A stretch of DNA of 64,000 bases from Antedon mediterranea (lineage: Eukaryota > Animalia > Echinodermata), in contig NC_092670.1 in the NCBI RefSeq assembly GCF_964355755.1, positions 6,810,201 through 6,874,200 on the forward strand, in the 5' to 3' direction. Shown here piece by piece: positions 10,212-23,370 of the stretch (the first letter of the stretch is position 1; each line of letters starts with the position of its first letter). The notes beneath the pieces are model-generated. The model saw nothing but the letters and a program-made list of their open reading frames with translations, was not told the DNA's origin and did not search any database. Both the position numbers and the translations under genes were made by a program.

Positions 10212-13200
10212 CTAGAATTGGTAGCAAAATTTATCTCCCATTGCTCTGTCTTTGTTTAGTTGATCCTTGAATGCATTTATGTTTTCTGCTTGTACTGTAG
10301 TGTGGTATAGATTGTTCCATGTGTTGACGATTCTACATGAAAAGGAGTGGCTTCTGATTTTCAGTCGGGCTCTTGGCTTTCTTAATTTGAATTGATGGCC
10401 CCTTGTTCTACTGTCCTCTCTAAAGTCAAAAAAGGTTTCGGCTTCAATATCATCCAAGCCCTTGATAATTTTAAACACTTGTATAATGTCCGCTCTCCTT
10501 CTTCTGTAATTCAGTGAAGGTAATCCAAGCTCTTTTAATCTGTGATCGTAAGATTTATCTCTTAACTTTTTGACAATTTTAGTGGCCCTACGCTGCACTC
10601 TTTCAAGCTTATCCAAATCACCTTTTAGGAGAGGGTACCATATACAGCTTGCGTATTCCAGATGAGGTCGAATTATACTTTTATAAAGGGGCAGGAACAT
10701 ATCCTTATCCATGTAAGCAAAAGATCGCCTTACCAATCCAATGAGTCTATTTGCTTTATTTACAGCTTCATTCGTATGTAGTGAAAATTTTAAAGACTGA
10801 TCAAAAGTAACTCCAAGGTCCTTTTCAGTATTGGCATTTGGCAGATCCTCGTCACCTTCCTCTGTTGGCATAGTGAATTGCATTTGTGGATTTGAATTTC
10901 CATAATGTATTACTTTACATTTATTAATGTTGAATTTCAGCTGCCATCTTTTAGACCAATCGGATAATGCCTTGAGATCATTTTGAACAGTATCATTTCT
11001 GTTTTCATACACAACATTAAACATCTTAGTGTCATCTGCAAACATCCATACTTTAGATTTAACTGCATCAGGTAGGTCGTTTATGAAAATTATAAATAAT
11101 AAAGGGCCTAACACGCTGCCTTGAGGGACTCCGCTTTTAACCGTAGACCATTCAGAAAATGCTGCGGCCACTCTAACTCTTTGTCTCCTCCCTGTCAAAA
11201 ATTGATGTATCCATCTCAGTAGGTTTCCTTTTATTCCGTACGCTTCCAATTTTGTTATTAATCTCTGGTGGGGGATAGAATCGAATGCCTTACTAAAATC
11301 CAAATATACAGCATCAAAGTTTTCCCCCGCATCCAGCAATTTCGTCCATTCTTCCATCACCTCCAGCAATTGTGTGACGCAAGATCTACCTTTCCGAAAC
11401 CCATGCTGTGCTTTTATAATAAGGTTTCTATCATTTAGAAACTGTATAATTTTGTCTCTCACAATTGATTCCAAAAGTTTGCATACGACAGATGTCAAAC
11501 TTACTGGCCTGTAGTTTCCAACCTCCGTCTTGTCCCCTTTCTTAAAAATTGGTACTACATTTGCACATTTCCAGCACTCCGGTAACTGTCCAGTCGATAG
11601 TGATTTGTTGTATATTGACGTCAATGGAGTTGCAACAATTTCTTTAAGTTCCTTCAGTACTCTTGGATGCACGTCATCTGGTCCAGCTGATTTATTTGAG
11701 TTCATCTGCTGAAGGCATGTAAGCACTTCCTCCTTTGTCACTTCAATTGACTCCAAATGGTCATCCACGTCAACTCTTGGTGTAACTTCTGGCAATGACT
11801 CGAGGTCTTCATTCGTGAATACACTTGTGAAAAATGCGTTGAAAATTTCCGCTTTATGCTGATTGTCATCAGCCATATTACCCTTTCCATCCTTCACCAA
11901 TCCAATAGATTGAGTTGTTTTGGTTTTCTCTCTTACATATTTCCAGAAACTTTTAGGATTTGTTTTTACTTCATTGCATATTTTCCGCTCCAGTGCAATC
12001 TTTGCTGCCCTTTTTTCACCTGTTACTATATTTCTTGCCTTTTTGTAACTGTCATAATCCTTCTGTTGTCGAGACCTTGTAAACTTTTTCCATGCATTAT
12101 GTTTTATTTTAATTTTCCTCTGAACGTCACCAGTCATCCAGATAGGTTTATTTTCTTTTTTTATGTTTGACTTGGGAATACAGATCTGAACAGCATTTCT
12201 TGATTTATTTAAAGCTTCACAGGCCTCTTCGACATTTGTATTTTCAAATTGGTAGTCCACCTCAGTAATCAGTTCTTTCATTTTAATATAGTCACCCTTG
12301 TTGAAATTTAGCTTGTATTCCATTTTCTCTTGTATTTTAGTTACACAGTCATATGAAAACAAGATTGTTACGTGGTCGCTTTTTCCTAATGGTGGACCTA
12401 TCTCAATTTCACTTATTTTGGTTTCATCCATGGTGATTACTAAGTCGAGTATGTTAGGTGTTTGACCATCTCGAAATCGTGTTGGTTGCTGTATACACTG
12501 GCATAGAAAATTATCTCTAAGGCATTCTATAAACCGATTACTTTTATGTGTTTCATTTTTATTTGTACTCCAAGAAATCCAATCAATTTCAGGAAAATTG
12601 AAATCTCCTAACATGATGAAATCAGAAATACCATTTAGTTCACTTGCTTTGTTGATAGCAGATAGTAACGCTTGATTATTTTCGTCAATACTGTTAGGAC
12701 TTCTGTAAATACATCCGCATAATAGTTGTTGCCTTTTATTTATTTCAATTTTGATCCATAGTGCTTCCACAAAATTTAAATTCAGTAATTCGTTACAGAT
12801 ACTGGCATTCAGCTCTTCCTTCGCAAAAATAACCACACCTCTACCACTTCTGCCAGAATCAAATTTTGTGTATCCCTTGATGCTTAACTCAACTTCCAAT
12901 ATGTCTGTACAAGTTTTGTTATTTACTTCAGTTATTGCAACCACATCAGGTTTCCTTTGATTTATAATATCACGTAACTCACCCATTTTATTTCTCAGGG
13001 CATCTGCGTTTGTGTAAAGAAATTTCAACGACTTCTCATGAAAATCAACAATATCATCGTTTCTTAATCTAGATTTCTTCTGCTTTAATCCTTCTATAAA
13101 AGTTTTAAATTTTTTCTTGTCCTCTGAACATTTTTTTTTTCTTATAAATTTTTGTTTCACTTTTCTTTCTAAGTTAAAATAATTTTCTTCAAAACAAAAA

Positions 13201-13256
13201 GATTCTATATTTGAAAATTCTTTATGATGATGAACTAGGGCCTCGAAAACGATCAA
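10212..13256 (-). CDS. CR1 ORF2: APE endonuclease + reverse transcriptase
   Basis: YTNA..L.NK, GDFN, SDH; NYRPVSLT, YLDFSKAFD, GVPQGSVLGP, FADD, EKDLGV. Confidence 0.92.
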   Translation of the reverse strand: MIVFEALVHHHKEFSNIESFCFEENYFNLERKVKQKFIRKKKCSEDKKKFKTFIEGLKQKKSRLRNDDIVDFHEKSLKFLYTNADALRNKMGELRDIINQRKPDVVAITEVNNKTCTDILEVELSIKGYTKFDSGRSGRGVVIFAKEELNASICNELLNLNFVEALWIKIEINKRQQLLCGCIYRSPNSIDENNQALLSAINKASELNGISDFIMLGDFNFPEIDWISWSTNKNETHKSNRFIECLRDNFLCQCIQQPTRFRDGQTPNILDLVITMDETKISEIEIGPPLGKSDHVTILFSYDCVTKIQEKMEYKLNFNKGDYIKMKELITEVDYQFENTNVEEACEALNKSRNAVQICIPKSNIKKENKPIWMTGDVQRKIKIKHNAWKKFTRSRQQKDYDSYKKARNIVTGEKRAAKIALERKICNEVKTNPKSFWKYVREKTKTTQSIGLVKDGKGNMADDNQHKAEIFNAFFTSVFTNEDLESLPEVTPRVDVDDHLESIEVTKEEVLTCLQQMNSNKSAGPDDVHPRVLKELKEIVATPLTSIYNKSLSTGQLPECWKCANVVPIFKKGDKTEVGNYRPVSLTSVVCKLLESIVRDKIIQFLNDRNLIIKAQHGFRKGRSCVTQLLEVMEEWTKLLDAGENFDAVYLDFSKAFDSIPHQRLITKLEAYGIKGNLLRWIHQFLTGRRQRVRVAAAFSEWSTVKSGVPQGSVLGPLLFIIFINDLPDAVKSKVWMFADDTKMFNVVYENRNDTVQNDLKALSDWSKRWQLKFNINKCKVIHYGNSNPQMQFTMPTEEGDEDLPNANTEKDLGVTFDQSLKFSLHTNEAVNKANRLIGLVRRSFAYMDKDMFLPLYKSIIRPHLEYASCIWYPLLKGDLDKLERVQRRATKIVKKLRDKSYDHRLKELGLPSLNYRRRRADIIQVFKIIKGLDDIEAETFFDFREDSRTRGHQFKLRKPRARLKIRSHSFSCRIVNTWNNLYHTTVQAENINAFKDQLNKDRAMGDKFCYQF

Positions 13257-14247
13257 ACGCCAGTTCGCTATCCCGCTTCATAATTTTACCTCTTCTTATA
13301 ACAAGATCAATCTCGCCGTTATCTTTCCTTGATCTTAGTTCCTGTCTTAACTCATAGTTCATTTGCCTCTCTTTTTTTGATCTATCAGGATTAATATATA
13401 TGTTCTTTAGAAATGCGTGATCCGTGCTTCTAAGTTTTTTTGCATTTACCATCACTTCCCTTTTACTTTTCAGGCTATCCAAAGAAACTCTTGCCATTCT
13501 ACACCCGTCTTCCGTGTATTTCCCAAGCCTGATCACTTCTGTTATTTCAACTCCCTCTATCTCTAGACACTCATTGAATAATTTCTCAATAGCAACCCTG
13601 TCTTCCTTCAGTCTCTGCTGAGAACTTTGGTTATCAGATTCAGGTAGATTTTCGATCACAATATTTAATTTACGAGATTCTCTATCTCTATATTCTTCAA
13701 TGCCTTCCTGAACACTCTCTTTAATTTTCCCATCCATTAGATCGTAGCTCTCTTTTAATTCTATCAAATTATTTCTTGTGTCGACCTGGATTTTTTCAAT
13801 GACTTCAATGTTTTTATTGGTTAGTGATGCTCTAAGCGCCTGATCTTTTTGCGTTTTTTCCACAATATTTAATCTTGCATTCATATTTTCCTGCAATTCA
13901 TTTATCTCCGCAATTTTCTTCAACAAAGGTAACTGTACAAGGCATGTATCACATGACCATAAAACATTCTTTATTTCGCTGTCGGAGAGGAGAGCATACA
14001 TTTTATTTGAGAGTTTTGAACATTTCAGGCAGAAACACCTCTTACAAATGTCACAATTTACGCCCTTATCCTTTTCGCCTATGATGGTTTTACAGATAGC
14101 ACAAGCTCCCTCAACTGACTGTGGAGTTGCTTCCTGTTCAGGTTGGCTAGGCCTAGGCCTAGCATCTGCAGGCCTAAATCTAGGTTCCAGTTCCATATCC
14201 TTTCTATCCCTTGCCTTCCCTCTAGTAGTAGGCCTACCTTCAGCCAT
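13222..14247 (-). CDS. CR1 ORF1: PHD finger, coiled coil, RRM-like region
   Basis: CAIC...CDICKRCFCLKC...WSCDTC; NIVIENLPE, RLG, IYINPD.S..ER. Confidence 0.85.
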   Translation of the reverse strand: MAEGRPTTRGKARDRKDMELEPRFRPADARPRPSQPEQEATPQSVEGACAICKTIIGEKDKGVNCDICKRCFCLKCSKLSNKMYALLSDSEIKNVLWSCDTCLVQLPLLKKIAEINELQENMNARLNIVEKTQKDQALRASLTNKNIEVIEKIQVDTRNNLIELKESYDLMDGKIKESVQEGIEEYRDRESRKLNIVIENLPESDNQSSQQRLKEDRVAIEKLFNECLEIEGVEITEVIRLGKYTEDGCRMARVSLDSLKSKREVMVNAKKLRSTDHAFLKNIYINPDRSKKERQMNYELRQELRSRKDNGEIDLVIRRGKIMKRDSELAFDRFRGPSSSS

Positions 14248-14762
14248 GGTTGTTAAGTTCAAGGAACACTAGGCCTAGCCCCTACACCCTGCTTCCAGGA
14301 CTCTATGCTCCTCTGTATGGATACTGTAGGCTTCACATGGGTCCAGTTGACTTACCCCGACTTAGCAAAGACGCTTCCAGAATATCGAAAAATATATCCT
14401 TTTTGATACAAATTTCTTGGTACTAGTACTTATTATCAATTAATATATCATATCATCCACTTTGAAGAACAATTTAAATCCCGGTTTCAAAGATTTTAGC
14501 AGATTTAATTCATAAGGTTCAGAGCAAAATAAAACTACATGTTGCATTATCGAATAGCGCCAATGTTATAAAAACAATAAATATATATTCAAAATGTTAA
14601 AAACAAGTTTAACTGAAAACATCAGAATATTGATATAGGCCTGCATTATAAAAATTTAAAAGTTTTAAAAAATGTTGACAAATTGAAAAAATGTTAAAAA
14701 ATTCAAAAATGTTCTAAAATATTTATACACAATGGTACGGAAGGTCGCGGAAACATAACACT

Positions 14763-15311
14763 TGTCCCGGCTTAGCGCACCTGCCGCCGTAAAGCGTGGC
14801 TCATTTGAATAGTATTTAGCACACGAATGACTCGTTAGGTATACATAGTTCTAGTGGACGAATAACTATACATTTGTCATATCATGCAAGGGATTGTATC
14901 GTGCGATGCTGGTGCATTTACAGTTGTTGTAAGTAGCTAAGTTTATAATAATGTATTACGATATACCGACTTAACTTAACCTAAAATTGATCTTGATAGA
15001 TTACTACTGTACGTTGTTATCTTAGTACATATAGGCCTATTATTTATGATAGCTTTCTCGCCGACATTGGCTGGTTTGGTACTGTTTGTAGGTAACACTT
15101 CACATAGCCGGGATTTGCGTATTGTGTGCCCGATGGGCTTGGCTCCCCCCGTGCTCTATTATTATTATTGTTATTGTTATTGTTTCAGTTACCATATAAC
15201 TGCTTTACATATTAAATTGTACGGATCCAAAGTGCTGTGTTCGTGTTGTATTGTAACCGGTGTGGTTATCTGTCTGGATAGCGGGCAGCCGGTATCCGTG
15301 AGGCCAGAACA
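14763..15311 (+). repeat. Probable 5' LTR of a BEL/Pao element
   Basis: TGT...ACA ends with imperfect inverted termini (TGTCCCGGCTT vs reverse complement TGTTCTGGCCT); ATTAAA inside; gag follows. Confidence 0.55.
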
Positions 15312-15335
15312 GTAAAACAACTATTTGTACATCGC

Positions 15336-18300
15336 ATGAGAACCTCAGTGGAGATGTCTTCGAAACAAAGCAGTAGAGTAAGTTCACGACGCTCATCCGT
15401 GTATTCGCAGCTCGCATTGACAGCCGCAGAGGCTCGGGCAGACGCTGCAATGAAGAAGGCACGCCTAAACTATACAAAAAAAAAAAGCAAAGCAGCGAAG
15501 GCCAAGGCGGCATACCAATCGTTGCTGGATGAAGAGGCTGCTGCAGCTGCAGAGGCTAGGTCAAAGGTGCTTGACCAAGAGCTTCTCGAACTCAATGTGG
15601 ATGACTTCAGTGACGATTCCTTGGATGGTGTTCCTGCAGTTGAGCGTAACCGTCTCGTAGAACAATACTTAGAAAGCCTTCCTAGCCAGACCAAACCGAC
15701 TCATTCGACACCTAAGATGGCAGAGCCAAAAGCAGTTATGGGAGAAACTAAACTCGACTCATCAAAGGGGAACGTTTCTGACTTTCTTCAAGGCATGATG
15801 CGTATATACGCTCGTCGGGATCTCGTCACGGCTTGTATACCAAACTTCGACGACCAACCTGAAAGTTTCCAGGCATGGAAATTATCGTTCCAGAACGCAA
15901 TCCAGGATATTCCTGTGACGCCATTGAAACAGATTGACCTCATTCTAAAGTATACTGGACCTGAATCAACCGAGATCGTACGGAGTGCAAGGGCTGTTCA
16001 CATTTCCAACCCAGCTAAGGGATTGTCTGTTGTATGGGATCGGCTAGAAGAAAAGTATGGTACTCCCGAAATAGTAACTACAGCTCTAATTAATAAGCTG
16101 CTTAATTTTCCAGATATACCGAAAAGTCAGTACGAGCAGCTGAGGAGGTTTGGAGATGCTATCCAAATGGTACAGCAAGCAAGAATTGATGGTGGTCTTC
16201 CCGGACTTGACTATTTAGATACATTTCTAGGCGTCAATCCTCTGGTGTCAAAGATGTCACGAGATCTTCAGGAGAAGTGGCGTTCTCGAGCCTTCCGTTA
16301 CAAGCAAGACTCGGATGGTAAATTCCCACCATTTTCATTTTTCTCAAAGTTTGTTACAGAAATGGCAAAAGAACGAAACGACAAGAGCCTGATGGTATCC
16401 GATGCCGTGGAACAGGGGAAACAGAGTAACCCGAAAAGATCGACCACGCCCAAAGCTAGCTACCTACCATGCTAATATCTTGGCTAAGTTGACAGGTGTT
16501 GACAAAACCAACGATACCGACGTCGATGTCGAGACGAAGTGTCCCATTCACAAGACTCCTCATCATCTGTTGCGTGATTGTAGAGCATTCCTCAAGATGT
16601 CTACCGATGCGAAACGAGCACTACTGAGAGAATTGGGGTATTGCTTCCGGTGCATCGCATCCACTTCACACGTAGCTAGGCAGTGTAAAGCCGACATCGA
16701 ATGTTTATTGTGTGGTAGCAAACGGCACCTGGACGCCCTGCATGTAGATAAGCCGAATACAGAAACCAGCCAGCAAAGCGGGGAGCATGTCAACGTTCCT
16801 ACTGATGATAAAGGCGCCCAAGGCAACGTTTTCGCTAATAAGTGCACCAAGATATGCCACAACGTGCCGACAGCAAGGTCCTGTTCCAAGATATGTTTGG
16901 CTCGTGTGTATTTGAAGGGCATGCCTGAGACGGCTATTACCACTTATATTGTCTTGGACGAGCAGAGTAACAGGTCACTCGCTAGATCTAAGCTGTTGGA
17001 CTTGATGAAGATTGAAGGAGCGCCAGTTCCATACATACTTAAGACTTGTTCGGGCGTTACAAGCACATCTGGTCGTCGTCTCACTGGACTCGTCATCGAA
17101 TCGAATAGTGGTGTATGTATACCTGCTCCGCCGTTAATCGAATGCAACGCCATTCCTGATTGTAAGACGGAGATACCTACTCCAGAGGTAGCTGAATGTC
17201 ATCCGCATCTGAAGTCCATTGCTAAGGAAATCCCGAATCTCGACCCTGACGCAGACATATTAATCCTCCTGGGACGTGACATACCGCAAGTTCATAAAGT
17301 GCGTGAAGTGCGTAATGGCCGAGATGCTGCTCCGTGGGGCCAGCGATTGGACCTCGGATGGGTGGTAATGGGAGAATTCTGCGTAGGGAAATCACATCAT
17401 AGCACCAATATTAACACGTTTCACACCCACATCATGCCTACTGGACGACCTTCATGTTTCAACCCTTGTACTAACCTCTTCGGAATCTCTCATCATCCAC
17501 CTGTATATTCAGACCATGTAGGGTGCGACGTCTTCAATCTGTCAAAACATGACAATAAGATTGGTAGCTCTACGGAAGATAGGCAGTTCTTGAAGGTAAT
17601 AGAATCTGGGTTTGTGAAAGGCGTTACAGGCAACTGGGTAGCACCACTTCCATTCCGTTCGTCAAGGCCTACGTTACCAGACAACCGACACGAAGCGATG
17701 AAGCGGTTTCGTACCTTGCTGAAGTCCTTTTCAAGAAAGCCTAAGATGAAACAGCAATATCTTCAGTTTATGACTACTATGTTGGCAAAGGGTCATGCGG
17801 AGCAAGTTACTACAGGTTGCTTACCCAAAGAATGATGGTACCTCCCACATTTCGGAGTGTACCACCCGAAAAAGCCGGACAAAATCCGCGTCGTGTTCAA
17901 CTCAAGTGCTAAATATCGGGGTGTATCGCTAAACAGTGTGCTGATAACCGGACCCGACCTCGTCAACAGCCTAATCGGCGTTCTAATTAGGTTTCGAGAA
18001 GATACAGTTGCCTTTATGGCAGATATAGAGCAAATGTTTCATTCTTTCCAAGTGAAGTAACAGCATCGTGATTACTTGAGATTCCTGTGGTTTAGGAATA
18101 ACGACCCGGAAAGTGATATTGTGGATTACAGAATGAAGGTTCATATATTTGGAAACGCACCGTCGCCTGCTGTTGCCACATTCGGATTGCGCAAAACTGC
18201 TCAAGTTCCGTCAGAAAGGTTTGGCGAAGATGCCCGAAAGTTTGTGGAACACAATTTCTACGTTGATGACGGCCTGAAGTCCCTCCCAACTCCAACAGAT

Positions 18301-20510
18301 GCTATCGACTTGTTGAAACGTACACAGTCGATGTTGTTAACCCGTCAGTTGAGACTCCACAAAATTGCATCTAATAGCCTCGAGGTGATGAATGCGTTTC
18401 CAGGTGAAGACCACGCTGGAGATCTACGGGATCTCGACTTTACATCACAAGAACCTCCCATTCAAAGGTCACTGGGAGTGTATTGGGACATTAAGCGTGA
18501 TGACTTCACCTTCAAGATTAGTCCAGTCGAGCGACCCTTCACCAAACGAGGAGCATTAGCCGAAATCAACAGCATCTACGACCCTTTTGGCATTGCCGCA
18601 CCAGTTTTAATTGAGGGTAAACGGCTGTTGCGTGAGATGACAAGGGATAGTTCACTTGATTGGGATGATCCTTACCAGAGCAAACACTATCTACATGGCG
18701 CAACTGGCGGCTTTTGTTACCTACCCTGTCGGAGGTGCGCCTCCCTCGTGCATATACACCTGTTCCTACTACTGAAGCGACCAGGCGGGAACTACACACG
18801 TTCGTTTATGCTTCCACCCAAGCTATCGGTGCTGTCAGCTATCTCCGGGTTTCCGACAAAAGTGGAAACGTCTACGTAAGCTTTGTTCTCGGGAAGGCGA
18901 AGTTAGAACTCAAACAAGCAACAACGGTGCCGAGACTCGAACTATGCGCCGCAGTGTTAGGTGCTGGCATAGCAGAGCTCATTGCAGACGAACTAGACCT
19001 GAAACTGGACAGGATGGTTTTTTACTCGGACAGCCGTGTGGTACTTGGATATATTTCAAATCAAACAAGAAGATTTTATGTATATGTTAGCAACAGAATA
19101 GAACGTATTCTCAGAACCACACAACCAGCCCAATGGCGATACATCGAATCCGGGAAAAATCCAGCCGATCTTGCTACGAGAGGCATTTCTGCCTCAGATC
19201 CGACGTTGTCGGAATGGATGATTGGTCCTGCGTTTCTCCGTAACCAGTATCTTCACTTGAATTCAGCCGAAGAATATCCAGTCCAAGAAGAAGATCCCGA
19301 AGTTCGGCCAGTGGTTCACACGTACGCTATGGTGGCCAAACATAAAGTCACCACCATTGGATCGGAGCGATTTCAAAGGTTCTCTGATTGGTTCAGACTT
19401 TTTCATATAACACGTTCATTTTCCCACAGACATACCAAACCAGATGGGTGCAAAGGTTGGGACATATGTGCATCATCTACGACACTGGATGACTCAAGTC
19501 GAATTGTTATAGGCGCCACCCAACGCGCTGTCTTTGCAGATGAGCTGGAGTTTCGGGAGAGTGCTAATTCGCTTCCTAAGTCAAGTGCGCTCATCAAGTT
19601 GGACCCTTTCATAGACGGAAATGGACTTCTCCGAGTTGGCGGTCGTCTTAAGAACGCTGGGATGGCAGAGCTGGACACACACCCGATAATTATACCAGGG
19701 TCACATCACGTGTCCGACTTAATCATTCAATATTACCATGCACAAGTCCAACATCAGGGAAAGCATTTTACGCTAGGAGCTATTAGAAGTGCTGGATACT
19801 GGATGGTGGCGGAGAAACGAAGGGTCGACAGTATCATTAGCAAGTGTATCCAGTGCCGGAAGCGTAGAGGCAAGGAACTGGGTCAAAGGATGGCGGACTT
19901 GCCAGCTGAGCGCTTGTCCATGGCCCCTCCTTTTACGTACGTTGGCCTAGATGTATTTGGACCATGGATAGTGTCATCACGTAAAACGAGAGGAAGTATG
20001 GCGAGAGCAAAACGTTGGGCTGTACTGTTTACGTGTATGTCTTGCCGCGCCATTCATATTGAGATTACAGAGTCTATGGACACGTCAAGCTTCATCAACG
20101 CCTTGCGGAGATTCCTTGCCATTTGAGGATCAGTAAGTCAGATTCTATCAGACTGTGGCACAAACTTCATGGGAGCGTGTAACGAGATTGGTATACTTAG
20201 CACCGATGGTGGAGTCAAGAAATACCTTTTAGAGAATAACAGTTATTCTCTAAACTGTTACTGTGAGTGGTTGTTTAATCCTCCCCATTCCTCCCATATG
20301 GGCGGAACATGGGAAAGGATGATTGGCATATGCAGACGCATCCTAGATTCTATGTTTGCCAACTTAGGACCTATCCAGCTGTCACATGAGGTTCTGACGA
20401 CACTTATGGCAGAAGTTACGGCGATTGTGAACTCAAGACCGCTTACGCCGATACCAAGTGATCCACAATCTCCTGATGTGCTAACACCAAATATGATTTT
20501 GACTCAAAAG
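15336..20510 (+). mobile_element. Decayed BEL/Pao LTR retrotransposon gag-pol, 3'-truncated in integrase
   Basis: Triple Zn knuckle (CPIH..., CFRC..., CLLC...H), protease LDEQSNRS, RT YVDDG, TVPRLELCAA, NPADLATRG, integrase GLDVFGP and GGTWERMI; several stops and frameshifts. Confidence 0.92.
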
Positions 20511-23370
20511 TTTTTTAACGAAAAAATCCTTGCACAGTCGAACACGGCGGTCTTCTAAAGTAGAAAAACCAAGGAAGCTGCGGGCATCGGAATAATTAGC
20601 ATGCGGAAAAATACATTTAAAGGCCCTTCTCTGAATTTGTTCAAGTTGTTGACTCTGTTGTTTCGTAATATTTGATCCCCAAACTGGGGCCGCATATTCT
20701 AATATTGGTCTAATGATACTATTATAAAATTGGACAAGTGCGGGGGCATCCAGGCCTGCCCTCCGCACCTGTTTGAGAAAGTACATTCTAGAATTACATT
20801 TACTAATCATTATGAGAAATAATTACACCAAGGAGTTTAAATTCGTCAACACGTTCCAGATTACAATCTCCAACATGAAGTGGCTCAAAAGCAGTCTTTG
20901 ACCTTTTACAACTAATTCTCATCTCTTTCGTTTTCTTAATATTAAGGGACATATTGTTATCCTTAGCCCACTGGAAACTTTCGTCAAAAGTGGTTTGGAG
21001 TACAGTTGCCCCATCTTTGCCGACGCGTTCATGGATGGAGGTGTCGTCCATGTATTTCATGCACGGCACCCCATCCAGAAGATCGTCGACAAAGATGATA
21101 AACAACATGGGCCCCAACCAGGATCCCTGGGGGATACCGCCCTTAACGACTGTCCAAGGGGACAATTCATCGCCTAGTTTAACACGTTGTTTTCTATCAC
21201 ATAGAAAAGCATAGATCCAAGAGATTAGATGGTCTTCGACCCCTAAATTATACAACTTATCAATTAATATATTATGGTCAATTAAATCATAAGCCTTTTT
21301 GAAATCAAGCAGTAATAATCTCATTTCATCTCCTTGGTCAGTAGCAGTAAAGCATTCGGTTAAAAAATTCATAAGAGCGTCAGTGGTAGACATACCCTTA
21401 GAGCAACCAAATTGATTCAACTTGATTTTATCTTTTATTTGGACCCAAATCATTTCCCTTACGATCCCTTCAATAACTTTCATGGTGGTGGAAGTCAGCG
21501 AAATAGGACGCAAGTCATTCTCAAGAACCTTAGGTGGATTAACCTTCGGAATGGGGATTATATCGGCTGACTTCCAAAGCATGGGGAGAACCCCTTCCCT
21601 TAAACTGGAGTTAACTATTGCACTTATTGGCTTGGAAAGGACATTGGCAAAATCACGTAGTACCCACGGAGGGATTCCGTCCGGGCCTGGGGCTTTATTA
21701 CATTTCACAAGTTTAAACTTAGACTCAATTGTCTCTGGCGTGATAATTAAATAGGGTGGAACTACAGTGTAACTAGCATTGGTTGTTGGTTCAAGGGTTT
21801 GAACTTAGAAGTAAGGGACTGGAAAAAACCACTAACTTTCGTGGTAAGCTCGTATACGTTACCGTTACATAAGTCATTAGCCATAGTTTTAAAGTACTTA
21901 GTACCCTTGCCGAGATTTTTTAAATTGTTTAATACCCCTCCACCAAGATTTAGAATCGGACGAGAATAACTGGGCAATACTATTACGATAAAAATCACCT
22001 CTCAAAGATTTAGCCATTCGGTTAGATAAATGTCTAAGTTTCTTATATTCGGCAGACATGGGGTCAATTGCAAAAGCTGCTTGCCGTCTAGAAACGATAC
22101 CTTTAAACGCATTATTTACCCATGGCTTATCTTCTTTAAGAAGTCTTTTAATCGTTACTTGGGGGAAGTGTAAATTTAAGAGTTCAGAAATGTTCTTATG
22201 ATACAGTTCAAACTGGTTACAGCACCCATCCATTCGATATAGATCTTGCCATCTAATGTCATTAATGTCGCGTTCGAAGTTTTCCTTGGCACCCGGTTTA
22301 CAGCTACGTTTTGTATGGTAAGCGAAGACGTTAAATGTTCCTACGATTGGGGTGCATACGATGACGTTGTGATCAGACAGTCCTAAAGGTGATTCTTTAG
22401 TAGGTGCATTAAAAACATCGCTCATATTAGTATATATTAAATCAAGTGATGCGCGATCCCTAGTTGAAACTTTAACGATCTGTTTTAAGGGATACTTAAC
22501 AATAATGTTGTCTCTCATTCGGTTGAAGTCTCCTGTGACGATTAATCCTGATTGCGGATTTTTACTACAAATATAATCTAAACTCTGTGTAATGTGAGAC
22601 GCCATTTCCCAATCATTATTTTACAGAACTCTCCGGGTGATAGATAAGGCCGTAAGAGATGTTCGAATATTGACGTGGCAAACGTTTTTGTCGGGTTGTT
22701 ATCCACACACTTTCCAGTGATTCGTTATTAAGTTCAGACCAAACTCGATAAGATAGGTCTTCACGAACATACATGATGATCCCTCCGCCGCTGCGATTTT
22801 GCCTATCACGTCGCACCATCGAGTATCCCTCTAACTCTCTCAACTTGTCAGGAAACGCGGGATTTAAGTGAGTCTCAGTAATAGCAATCACGACAGGTTT
22901 AAATTTCCTAACGCGTGTAGCCAATTCATCCATTTTATTATTTAGAGATTGAGCATTTGTCATAAAGATGGAAGAGTCCATTTCCCATTAGAGAGTTCAA
23001 CTAGATTATCTTGCTTAATCGTTCTACAATGACTTTGCGACGATAGGTGTTCTACGTTTCTAGTTCTACGTGGTGTAATTCTAACCTTTATTTCTCTTTG
23101 TTTTCTTTTTCCGGCTCGACATCCGCGGGGCTTGGTTGATGCTATTCCAAGCTCATTGATTCTCATAAAAACATCTTTGGTAGGAACTGCTAAGTTCAGT
23201 TGTCCAATTCTATAAAACTCGCTTCTAGTGAGACACATGTTGATAAACGCTATGTCGACTCAAACTTCCGTACCACAAATAATATCAATCAACGGAAAAA
23301 GACCGCAGTATAATCCAAAGAAACACACTAAGATTAATACAGTACTAATAATACAGACGATTCACCAAAT

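Larger units (their letters stand above)
10124..14552 (-). mobile_element. Full-length CR1-type LINE with two uninterrupted ORFs
   Basis: PHD-finger ORF1, APE-RT ORF2, short 3' UTR ending in tandem ATTCAAGTAAGAT; 5' end approximate. Confidence 0.9.

Noticed and set aside
17833-17835. In-frame TGA in the BEL polyprotein as programmed readthrough
   Set aside because: The same copy has other stops (18058, 20124), frameshifts and decayed catalytic motifs, which indicates ordinary decay.
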